Source: Heterodontus francisci (lineage: Eukaryota). Taken from it: 64,000 nucleotides of DNA. The notes under the pieces are model-generated. The model saw only the letters and a list, made by a program, of their open reading frames with translations, had not been told where the DNA came from and did not search any database. Both the position numbers and the translations under genes were made by a program. This document shows positions 49,865-61,629 of this stretch, piece by piece. The stretch is from assembly GCF_036365525.1 (NCBI RefSeq), contig NC_090397.1, forward strand, positions 44,718,893 through 44,782,892, in the 5' to 3' direction. Numbering within the stretch: the first letter of the stretch is position 1; each line of letters starts with the position of its first letter.

Positions 49865-51213
49865 AAATTAGATTTATCTGGGACCTTTTAGTGTAATAAA
49901 ATGTCCCAAGATGCTTCACAGGAGCATTATAGAACAAAGTATGACCCAGAGCCACAAAAGCAACTATTGGGTCAGAAGACCAAAAGCTTGGTCAAAGAGG
50001 TAGGTTTTAAGGAGTGTCTTAAAGTAGGAAAGCAAGGCGGAGAGGTGTAGGGATGGTATTCCAGAGCTTGGGGCCGAGGCAACTGAAGACATGGCTGCCA
50101 AAGACGGAGCGATTAAAATCAGGGATGCACAGGAGGCCAGAATTAGAGAAGCACAGATATTTTAAAGAGTTCTGGGATTGAAGGGGATTGGAGTTGGGGA
50201 GGGATGAGGTCATGGAGGGATTTGGAAATAAGGATGAGGATTTTGAAATCCAGCCAATGCTTGACTGGGAGCCAATGTAGGTCAACGAGCACAGGGGTGA
50301 TGGGAAATGGGATTTTTTGGATGACCTCAAGTTTATGAAGAGTAGAATGTGGAAGACCAGCCAGGAATGCATTGGAATAGTACAGTCTAGAGGTAACAAA
50401 GGCATGAATGAAGGTTTCAGCCACAGATGAGCTGAGACGGACGAACATAGGAAGATAGGAACAGGCGTAGGCCATTCAGCCCCTCGAGCCTGTCCCGCCA
50501 TTCAATGAGATCGTGGCTGATCTGCGGCCTAACTCCATATACTTGCCTTTGACCCATATCCATTAATATCTTTGCTTAACAAAAATCTATCTATCTCAGA
50601 TTTTAAATTAACAACTGTTCTAGCTTCAACTGCTGTTTGTGGGAGAGAGTTCCAAACCTCTACCATCCTTTGTGTGAAGAAGTGCTTCTCTTGAACGGTC
50701 TGGTCCTAATTTTTAGACTATGCCCCCTAGTTTTAGAATCTCCAACCAGTGGAAATAGTTTATCTTTATCTAGCCTGTCTTTTCCTGTTAATATCTTGAA
50801 GACTTCAATCAGATCACCCCTTAACCTTCTAAATTCTAGCAAAAACAGGCCTAATTTGTGTAATCTCTCCTCGTAACTTAACCTCTGTAGTCCAGTGAAG
50901 TTAGGAGATGTTACGGAGGTGGAAATAGGTGGTCTTAGTGATGGCACGAATTTGAGGTTGGAAGCTCATCTTGGGGGCAAATGTGATGGGTTGCAAACCG
51001 ACTGGTTTAATCTCCAACTGTAGCTAGGGAATGGAGTTTGGAGTGGTGGAACGAAAACAATGGCTTCAGTCTTCCCAATATTTAAATGGAGGAAATTTCT
51101 GCTCATCCAGCACTGATGTCAGATAAGCAATCTGATAATTTAGCAACAGAGGAGGAGTCAAGAGAAATGGTGAGGTAGAGCTGAGTGTCATCAGCATACA
51201 AGTGAAAACTAAT
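49865..51213 (-). mobile_element. L2 LINE fragment (continues at ~55275-55335), with an antisense CR1 3' fragment at ~50443-50893
   Basis: Antisense AETFIHAFVTSRLYYSNAFLAGLP...PITPVLVDLHWLPV (L2). The nested piece reads LSYEERLHKLGLFLLEFRRLRGDLIEVFK (CR1). Confidence 0.8.
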
Positions 51214-54200
51214 TTGGACTGTGGTCAGGGACAGAAGGGTGTGACTGCGAGTGAGACAGATATGGGGATCCAGAATGTAGCTTTGGGGGAGCCTCAGGCA
51301 GTGCCCTTATCTAGTAGGTATGAGGTTCTTGCTCCCAGTGTGGACGAGGGCACAGACTGCAAGGAGGATAAGCAAACTGGCCACAGCACCGTGGTTCAGA
51401 GGGCCATTCAAGTGGGGGAAGAAAATGGAAATGTAGTAGTAATAGGAGATAGCATATTTAGGGGAATAGATACAGTTCTCTGCAGCAAAGACAGAGAGTC
51501 CTGAAAGTTGTGTTGCCTACCTGGTGCCACGGTTAAGGACGTCTTTTCTGGGCTAGAGAGGAACTTGGAGTGGAAGGGGAAGGATCCAGTTGTCGTGGTC
51601 CACGTAGGTACCAACGACATAGGTAGGACTAGGAAAGAGGTTCTGCTGAGGGACTCTGAGCAGCTCGGGGCTAAATTAAAAAGCAGAACCACAAAGGTAA
51701 TAATCTCCTGATTACTACCTGAGCCATGTGCAAATTGGCTGAGGGTAAATAAGATTACAGAGGTAAATGTGTGGCTCAAAGATTGGTGTGGGAGAAATGG
51801 GTTCCGATTCATGGGACACTGGCACCAGTACTGGGGAAAGAGAGAGCTGTTCCATTGGGATGGGCTTCACTTGAACCATGCTGGGACCAGTGTCCTGGCG
51901 AATCATATAACTAGGGTTGTAGATAAGGCTTTAAGCTAAATAGTTGGGAGGAGGGTTCAATTGAAGGGAAGTTTAAAAAGTCAAAGTAACGAGAGAGCAG
52001 AGGTGCAGGGTAGTGAAGGAGCATGCATTAATGAGAGTGTGACAGGAAGAGACAGAGAATACAAGCATAAGAGTACAGCAGAAATTAGAACCAGAGTAGG
52101 TCAAAAGTCAAAGCTTAAGGCTCTTTATCTGGATGCACATAGCATTTGTAACACGATAGATGAGCTGACGGCACAAATAGAAATAAATGAATATGATTTG
52201 ATAGCTATCACAGAGACATGGTTGCAGGATGGCCAGGACTGGAAACTCGGTGTTCAAGGATATTTGACATTCCGGAAGAATAGGCAGAAAGGAAAAGGAG
52301 GTGGGGTAGCTTTGTTAATACAGAAAGGGATCAGTGCAGTTGTGAATAATGATACAGATGCAATAGATCATGATGTAGAATCAGTTTGGGTGGAAATAAG
52401 GACTAGCAAGGGAAATAAATCATGGGTGCGAGTGGTCTGTAGGCCCCCGAAGAGTTGCTTCTCTGTAGGACTAAGTATTAATCAGGAAATAATGGAAGGG
52501 CACTACAATTATCATGGGTGATTTTAATCTGCATATAGACTGGACAAATCAAATTGGCATGGGTAACATGGAAGATGAATTTGTAGAGTGCATCAGGGAT
52601 TGTTTCTTTGAACAGTATGTTGCAGAAGCTACCCGGGAACAGGCTATTTTGGATTTGATAATGTATAATGAGGCAGGATTAATAAGAGATATCGTAGTTA
52701 AGGATCCTCTAGGGGGAAGCAATCATAACATGGTAGAATTTCAAATTCAGTTTGAGGGTGAGCAACTCGGGTCTCAAACCAGTGTCTTCAACTTAAACAA
52801 GAGCAATTACAGAGGTATGAAGAAAGAGTTGTAAAAAGGGGGCTGGCAAAGTCAGCAGATGAGCAGTGGCAGACTTAAGCAGATATTTCATAACACTCAG
52901 CAAACATTTGTTCCGAAGGAAGGACTCGATGACAACGATGAACCACCTGTGGATAACAAAAGAAGTTAAGGAGAGTGTCAAATCAAAAACAAAGGCATAC
53001 AATGCGGTGAAAGCTAGTGGTAAGCCAGAGGATTGGGAATTTTTTAGAACCCAGCAGCGGATGACTGAAAAAACTAATAAAGGGGGAGAAAATTGATTGA
53101 GAGTAAATTGGCAAGAAATATAAAAACAAACCGTATGAGCTTCTACGGGTATATAAAAAGGAAGAGAGTAGCTAAAGTAAGTGTGGGACTCTTAGAGGAT
53201 GAGACTGGGGAATTAATAACAGGGAACAGGGAAATGGCAGATAATTTAAACCAATATTTTACATCGGTCTTCATGGTGAGGACGCTATAAACATCCCAAC
53301 AATAATAGATGAGCAAGGTATAAATAGGAGGGAGGAACTTGTAATGAGGGAAAAGGTGCTTGACCAGCTAATGAAACTAAAGGCAGACAAGTCGCAAGGA
53401 CCTGATGGCTTGCATCCAAGGGTTTTAAAAGAAGTGGCTGCAGAGATAGTGGAGGTATTGGTTGTATTATGCCAAAACTCACTGGATTCTGGTACGGTAC
53501 CAGTGGATTGGAAAACCGCTAATGTGACGCCCTATTCAAGAAAGGAAGGAGACAGAAAGCAGGAAACTATAGACCAGTTAGCTTAACATCAGTCATTGGG
53601 AAAATGGTAGAGTCCATTATTACGGAAGAAATAGCAGGATATTTAGAAAAACATAATGCAATCAAACAGAGTCAACATGGTTTTATGAAAGGGAAATCAT
53701 GTTTGACAAAGTTGTTAAAGAGTTCTTTGAGGATATAACAAACAGAGTGGATAAAGGGGAACTGGTAGATGTAGTGTATTTGGATTTTCAGAAGGCGTTT
53801 GATAAGGTGCCACATAAAAGGTTATTGCACAAAATAAGGGTATTGGGGGTAATGTGTTGGCATGGATTGAAGATTGGCTAACACAGAAGGCAGAGAGTCA
53901 GGATCAATGGGTCTCTTTCAGGTTGGAAAGCTGTAACTAGTGGGGTGCCACAAGGATTGGTCCTAGGGCCTATATACTATCTATATTAATGACTTGGAGG
54001 AAGGGACAGAGTGTGGTGTATTCAAATTTGCTGACGATACAAAAATAGGTGGGAAGGCATGTTGTAATGAGCACACAAAGAATCTGCAAAGGGATATAGA
54101 TAGGTTAAGTGAGTGGGTAAAAACTTGGCAGATGGAGTTCAATGTGAGAAAGTGTGAGGCCATCCACTTTGGTAGGAAGAATAAAAAGGCAGATTATTAT

Positions 54201-55274
54201 TTAGATGGAGAAAGACTACAAAATACTGCAGTACAGAGGGATCTGGGTGTTCTTGTACATGAAACACAAAAAGTTAGCATGCAGGTGCAACAAGTAATTA
54301 GGAAGGCAAATGGAATTTTGGCCTTTATTGCTAGGGGGTTAGAGTTTAAAAATAGGGAAGTCTTGTTACAACTGTACAGGGTGTTGGTGAGGCCACAGCT
54401 GGAGTACTGCATACAGTTTTGGTCCCCGTATTTAAGGAAGGATATTCTAGCATTGGAAGCAGTTCAGAAAAGGTGCACTAGACTGATTCCTGGGATGAAC
54501 GGGTTATCTTATCAAGAACGGCTGAACAGGTTAGGCCCTTATTCATTGGAGTTTAGAAGAATGAAACTTATTGAAATCTTATTGAAACATATAAGATTCA
54601 AAGGAGGCTTGACAGGGTAGACGTTGAGAATGTTTCCACTGGTGGGGGAATCTTGAACTAGGGGACATAATTACAGAATAAGGGGTCACACATTTGAAAC
54701 TGTGATGCAAAGGAATTTCTTCTCTCAGAGGGTGGAGAATCTCTGGATTTCTCTGCCTCAGAGAGTTGTGGAGGCTAGATCACTAAATGTATTTAAGGAG
54801 GAGGTAGGTAGATTTTTGAAATTTCGGGGAGTCGAGGGTTATGTTGAGCAGGCCTAAATGAGTTGAGGCCTGGCACAGATCAGCCATGATCTTATTGAAT
54901 GGCAGGGCAGGCTTGAGGGGCTGAATTATATTTTATTTTTTTATTAAGAGATACAGCACTGAAACAGGTCCTTTGGCCCACCGAGTCTGTGCCGACCAAC
55001 AACCACCCTTTTATACTAACCCTACAGTAATCCCATATTCCCTATCACCTCCCTACACTAGGGGCAATTTACAATGGCCAATTTACCTATCACCTGCAAG
55101 TCTTTGGATGTGGGGGGAAACCGGAGCACCCGGCGAAAATCCACACAGACACGGAGAACTTGCAAACTCCGCACAGGCAGTACCCAGAATCGAACCCGGG
55201 TCCCTGGAGCTGTGAGGTTGCGGTGCTAACCACTGCGCCTGAATGGTCTACTCCTGCTCCTATTTCTTATGTTC
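51214..55274 (+). mobile_element. Near-full-length decayed CR1 LINE with SGNH-esterase ORF1 and EN/RT ORF2
   Basis: ORF1 motifs VVIGDSIFRG, CCLPGATVKD, VHVGTNDIG and DGLHLN. ORF2 motifs IAITETWL, MGDFNLHIDW, YLDFQKAFDKVPH and KFADDTK. TSD CTAAT (51209-51213 and 55275-55279). Confidence 0.9.
54927..55238 (-). mobile_element. V-domain SINE (HE1-like) inserted in the CR1 3' UTR
   Basis: Antisense homologue of 17433-17739; TSD CTGAAT (54921-54926 and 55239-55244). Confidence 0.88.
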
Positions 55275-55391
55275 CTAATGCCATGCTTTCAGATGATGTC
55301 ACCAAAGGTCAGCGTGTAGATGAGAAGAGGAGGAATACTTCTGGTTTGAGTTGAATTAAGGTCACTTGTTGACTAAACAATATACCACAGT

Positions 55392-55735
55392 AAAGGCTGG
55401 CTCGGGTCTGCAAATGAAGCTCGACCCGAGCCCAACAGAACCATATCCAACCTGGCCCAAGTCCTTTCATTTTTTTCCCACACCCGACTCGACCATCAGT
55501 TAACCTAGCTTCTGTTTTTCACTTTGTTGCTTATCTACACAAGCTTTAAAAAACTGTAACAAAACAACCTTTCAAGACCAAAAAAGTACACTAACATTGG
55601 AGCCACGTACCGGAGGTGGTGATAGTGTGCCTGACTTGACCCGAGCCCGAATGTCGGACCTGGAAGAGCGACCCAACCTGAACCCGACACATCGTCTGGT
55701 CCTGTCGGGTTTAGGTCGGGTAGCCATGCTGTATA
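55392..55735 (+). repeat. CCCGACC-rich dispersed repeat (probable MITE), homologue of 37020-37340
   Basis: Shares termini and interior (TTTTTCACTTTGTTGC, AAAACTGTAACAAAAC) with the reverse complement of 37020-37340. Confidence 0.65.
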
Positions 55736-57257
55736 CCACAGTACATTCATACAGAACTGACTTGTTGAGTGGAACCTAAATTACACAGATTAACCACAAG
55801 GGGGCATAGCTGACAAACAAATGACAATAGATATAAAATTTGTTTCAAATTTTGAAAATCACTTTCTTAGCTGATAATTATGTGGGATTACCCCAAAAAG
55901 GTTATTTGGACCAATTAGCACACTTGTTTGTTTGCAATAAACTTGTGATTTATAGCATACAGTACCTAGGACCTAGAGTCAAGATTCTTGTTTATATATT
56001 TTAATTGCAAATTGAAATATTAATGCCATTACTGTTCGGCCTGCCCTCTGCTGGTTCCACAACTCTGCTGTTCAGCTGGGAGGGAAGCCAGTTTGGGCCA
56101 TGGATTTCCTCGGCTTCAGTCCACTTTATGTTTTCTGATGGAAGAGAAGGTTTTCAATCCAATATCTTCTATAAGAAATTATGTTTCTATTTTTCAATGA
56201 CGTCAATATTTCTGGTGGGATAGTTGTACCTTCATTATCATTAAATAGTTTTGTCAGGACTTAGTTAATGTGTTGTCATCAATGCACAATTGGAAAAATC
56301 GAACAAGTTTTAAAGTTCTGACAATATGCTTCTCTTGTATTGCTCCCTCCAACACCACCCTCAGTAACCACAAATATTAGCTTCATGTTATATAGTTCAA
56401 AATAATCTCTTTAGATATAGTCAGAATTTGCAAGGACAAAATGTGTAATTGTATTGCTTGATGCTCTTCACAATTGTAGTGAAATTAGTCCCAAGGGTTC
56501 ACGCATACACCATTGTACTAAATTGAGATCCTAATTGTAACATTATAAAATGAAACAGAAGGAAGCCAATTTCTCAACAGAATCCTGAACTCTATAATGG
56601 GGATCTGGAGTGAAAACACACCCTTTGTTAATGTAACCATAACTACACTCATCTAGTTTAATGGATTAGTTTGATGAATCTGACCAATTGGTTTTTCTTT
56701 TTTTCTTGTGAGATGGAGTGTTCCTCCATTCCAAGATACTCCAACTGCTGGTAAAACTTAATTTTTTGAAACCAGTGAGATCAGACATTGGTTTAGGTTG
56801 AGCTTCCAACCTCGGTCTCAGCCAAGGACTCTAGTGCTGTGATTGTGTTTTTTTTTTAGGCCTTTGCTGCCATTTTTAAAAAATGGTTTTAAAAAACACA
56901 GACTACCATCATGTAACTCTATTTGATGCTGGTTTTAATGAAATAATTTTAGAAAATTAAGCAATACCAATAGAAGAAACTTAGTTTTTTGTTATTTTGT
57001 TTCCAACAGAAAATTTCTTAAGTCAGTAATAACATCTTCAAAAAATCAGTGTTACGAATTATTTCAAAGTCTTTTTTATTATACAGATGAGGGCCGAAGA
57101 ATAGCCTTACAGATTACTAGGAACGCTGTTTGTCAGTGAAACATAAACTGTCCATTCTGTTTTAATGTCATTCCTGTTTTGATGTCACAGCCATCCTTTG
57201 GATTTCACAAAGCATTTCATCTATGTAATTATTTAAATAAGATATAATTTAAGTAAG

Positions 57258-57535
57258 GTGTGAAGTTTGCAAGTTCTCCCTGTGTCTGCGTGAGTTTTCT
57301 CCGGGTGCTCTGGTTTCCTCCCACAAGCCAAAAGACTTGCAGGTTGGTAGGTAAATTGGCCATTATAAACTGCCCCTAGTATAGGTAGGTGGTAGGGAAA
57401 TATAGAGACAGGTGGGGATGTGGTAGGAATATGGGATTAGTGTAGTATTAGTATATATGGGTGGTTGATGGTCGGCACAGACTCGGTGGGCCGAAGGGCC
57501 TGTTTCAGCGCTGTATCTCTAAACTAAACTAAATA
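57258..57535 (+). mobile_element. 5'-truncated V-domain SINE (HE1-like)
   Basis: V domain and CR1-type tail ending in (CTAAA)n. Confidence 0.88.
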
Positions 57536-58329
57536 TAAACAATCCATTAAATGTCTGTACTTAAATTTGAGTATAATTACAAAAAAAGGAAGCAGGTCGA
57601 TAAAATGTAACACTAGCAGCCTTTTGTTTTGGAACTGAAATTCCTTAGATCAAGCACTTAACACTTCAATGTTTATTTGAAAAAAAAAATCCTTTTCTGT
57701 TTCGCTAATAAAGCTCACATACGCAGCTATCAACTGTGTTGCTCACTGTTGACTCTCACTCAAATATAGATGGACAGATATCCCTGTGAGCACAGGACGC
57801 TTCTCAATAAAGGGACTGCAGTGCTTGCACTGCTGGGATGGTGTATTTGCAGTGTGACAAGGTTGTACTTGGGTGTTATAATGGAAATATGAACATTAGG
57901 ACAGAATGTATGACAATTGTGAATGGATTACATCTGCCCTAGTCCAATTAGTCCCAGCCTCTAATTCCTCTACATTTAGTTAATATCCCTAGTGTGCAAT
58001 TCCTGTCAGTAACAATTAGTTCCTCCTGTACACTCTTGCCTCGTGCTTTTATACCACAATTAAATCTACTTATTAATTTTACTTGCCTCTGATTGGATCC
58101 TTCAAGCTTGACTCCGCTGTTGCTTCCAAGATATGTAACGGTGTTAGGTATAGTGCTGCTTCTCCAATTTGGAGCTCCTAACATCGGACACATTGTCTGG
58201 TACTGCCCAACCCCTTGTTTATTGCCTTTTAAGGAGAGTGTTGATGCCCACCCACTGCAATTAAACAACTGCAACCAAGCCTCAAGGTGCCAGAGCCACC
58301 CCCCACACAGGGACAAAAGACACTGATTT

Positions 58330-60120
58330 ACTGTTTTTATTTTTTAAATGTGCATGTCTGTGCTGTGAGTGGATACATATAGTAAGTTGGCAAATATGTT
58401 CTGTCTCTTCTCAGTTTTGTCATAGGTTTGCCAACTCTCATTTAAACTGCCTATAACCCCTTGTAGCTTTCTGCTACCATTTACACTTACTATGTCCCCT
58501 AATTTAGTGTCATCTGTAAACTTGGATATCAAACTCTGTATTCCTTTTATTATCAAAGCCATTAATATATATGCTAAAATGTTGAGACCCCAGTACAAAC
58601 CCTTGGGGAACACCATTTGTTATATTCCACCAATCAAACAACATACCCTTTATCCCTGCTGTCCCTGTCCTACCTTCCAATCACTTACCAACTGGTGTCA
58701 CAAAGTTCACCAATTCCTTGCACTTTTATTTTTGCTAACAATATCCTGTGTCGGTATATGTCTAATGCTTTCTGGAAGACAATATAGGCAACATCCATAG
58801 ACAGTTCCATCTACTGTTCCAGTGACCACATTAAAAATAATTCAACTAGATTTGTTAGGCATAACCTATCGTTAACAAATCCATGTTAGCTCTCTATGAT
58901 TGGCTTATACTTGTCCGAGTGCTCAGTTGCTCTGTCTCTGCTAACAGTAACTTCCTGACAATTGCTGGGTCTGTCATTACTTATTTTCTCCCTCTTTCCC
59001 ACCTTAAATAATAGAATGTTTTTTTAAATCCAGAGGCCCAATAGCTGAAACTAGCGAGCTTTGGAAAATTATGATTAAGCACCTGCAATTTCCTGACCCA
59101 TTTCTTTTTAATATTCTGGGTGTGAACAATCAGACATTCAAGATTTGTCTATCTTGGCTCCCATTATTTTCTCCAAACTTTTTTTTTTACTTATTTGAAA
59201 TTCACCAACTTTAGTTTAGAGATACAGCACTGAAACAGGTCCTTCGGCCCACCGAGTCTGTGCCGACCATCAACCACCCGTTTATGCTAATCCTACACTA
59301 ATCCCATATTCCTACCAAACATCCCCACCTGTCCCTATATTTCCCTACCACCTACCTATACTAGTGGCAATTTATAATGGCCAATTTACCTACCAACCTG
59401 CAAGTCTTTTGGCTTGTGGGAGGAAACCGGAGCACCCAGAGAAAACCCACGCAGACACAGGGAGAACTTGCAAACTCCACACAGTCAGCACCCAGAATTG
59501 AACCCGGGTCGCTGGAGCTGTGAGGCTGCAGTGCTAACCACTGCGCCACTGTGCCGCCCTTCTGCCCCTTTAGCTTATTTTTAGTCTGCTGATAATGTTG
59601 CATTTTGTCTTCAACTTTGAAAAGGGGTACAGAGTTTGCCGCTTCCTTATTGCCGTAGTTGTGCCTTACAACTGTCTTTAAATGGGTCCACATTCCCCTT
59701 TACCACTCTTTCTCTTAATAAATTTATTAAATTTGCTGTTGGCTTTGATATCCTTTCCAAATATTTTTCATATTCTCCATTTTGCAATTCTTACTTTCTT
59801 TGTATCCTTTTGTGTTTTTAATCTAGCTCACAGTCTGTTGGATTTCCACTTTTCCTTTTCATTTGTGTCAGCCTTTTAGCTCGATCCTGTCTCATGCCAG
59901 ATTTGTTGACCATGGTTGCTTAACAACACAAATGGAGCCTTGCCTTTTAGGGATATGTACTGGTTTTAAATAATACCAAATACCTCTTAACCTATTTTCC
60001 ACTGTTTGTAGGTTTAGCCTTTTATAACTCAGCCCAGTTTACGGTGGTCAATTAATTTGTCATCCCTTCAAAATTTGTCTTATTCTCCTCCTCATCCATA
60101 ATAACTTAAATTCTAGTTTT
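58330..60120 (-). mobile_element. Old decayed CR1 LINE region
   Basis: Antisense GIQSLISKFTDDTKLG and other RT remnants, interrupted by the SINE at 59210. Confidence 0.65.
59210..59559 (-). mobile_element. Full-length V-domain SINE (HE1-like)
   Basis: Antisense GGGCGGCACAGTGGCGCAGTGGTTAGCACT (A box), GGGTTCAATTCT (B box), V domain and CR1-type tail. Confidence 0.9.
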
Positions 60121-60591
60121 GCCACTTTTTCCAGGAGTTTCTTTTATCATCAGATTGTTAACTAATTCTCCACCTCAGAATTTTTATATTTAAGAAAAAA
60201 AAAATTGCCAAATTCTGTACCTCTTGCTTACTTAAACCACTTTTTCTTCCTACCCACATTAATCCTGGTGCCCTACAGCTGAAACTTGAGTGTGCGGTTT
60301 TATTTTTCAGCTGTTTTCATGCTCTGCCACAATCAATCTTCGTTATGCTCCTGGTCACTTGCACATCCCGCTGGCCAGCATGATAATTTACTTAACTTGA
60401 CACTTAATGGAATTATAGAATCTTACAGTAAAGATGGAGGCCATTCAGCCACAGTGTGAATGCTGGCTCTTATGTTCTCTGGCTTCTCATGGTTCAAGTT
60501 CTGAGATTCATGCTTAATTCTTAACCATTTGTGTTTTTCTCTTCCTTGCTTCAATTTGTTTCTCTCATTTGAAAACTTTTTTTAATCCTGT

Positions 60592-61499
60592 TTTCATGAA
60601 GACTCTCACCAGCCAAGAATGAGGCATATTAATTTTGTCACATGAACATTAATTTTAAACTGTTGCTGGAGTGGAGAGTTGACTTGCTTTGAAGATATCA
60701 GCAGTGGCTGGCAAAAAATTTGCATTCGAAGAGACAGTCACCTAGGAAAAGACAATGGGAACTGCTCGCTCATTCAATTACCAGAGGTTGGTCTGGGCAA
60801 TGGTGATCCACATCTTATCAGTGTAAGAGACAGCATTACACACCTGCTTTGAAATCCACAAACTGCAGGAGTGGTTGTTCCCAAATAAGGGGGTTAGTCA
60901 CATGACTAATCTGCTGGCCAACTTGGAGTTTTGAATTGTGTTCACAGGACAGTTTGAAGACAGAGACTGAAGATTGCAACTGAACTTGGAACAACAGTCT
61001 CTCTCCTGTCTGGCTCTCTCTCTTTCGCTAATCTCAAGAAAGAAAAGACTCCTACATCGAAACAGGTTTTAAAGCATGCACTGGGCCCCAACAAAATGGC
61101 AAGACTTACCGGCAACCAAAGACTCTGCATCGAACACAAAGGGACCATAACTAAAACACAGCTATTGCCTCAAACTTTTCCCCTTTATTCTTTCTACTTT
61201 TTCTGTCTCTAGTCGCGTGTGGGTTTATCGCGTATTCATGCTAGCTTGGTTGTGTCGCCTATTCGTAGTCATTCACCCAATTGGAGTTTAAGATGAATAA
61301 ACTTCCACCTTTCTTGTTTAAATCTAAGAAAACCTTTTCCAAAACCAAAGATTTCTTTGTCTTACAATTGGAAAGCAGTGTACAAGGATTCACTGAGGGG
61401 GAGCTAAAAACACTATTTTTAAAATTAAACTCCTTTACGGTTAAATCAGGCAAAGGCTGAGAGGGAATCCCTAGACCCCTTTCTCACCTGGTCGTAACA
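60592..61499 (+). mobile_element. Solo LTR (~908 bp)
   Basis: Ends TTTCATGA (probably a mutated TG start) / TCGTAACA, internal AATAAA, and 4-bp TSD CTGT (60588-60591 and 61500-61503). Confidence 0.7.
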
Positions 61500-61629
61500 C
61501 TGTAAATATCCTCCCAGACCCCATACCCCAATCTATCAAAACTGCACAGAATAACACTGCGTAAATTCCTTGCACCCCATGGGAAGCTGGAGTTGTAATC
61601 TGGAGGCACTGATATTTTAACAATGTCAT

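Noticed and set aside
59480-59559. tRNA genes here and at 40506, 61630 and 25252
   Set aside because: The A/B boxes are followed by SINE or LINE bodies, or are truncated heads. None shows a complete cloverleaf with a downstream T-run terminator.
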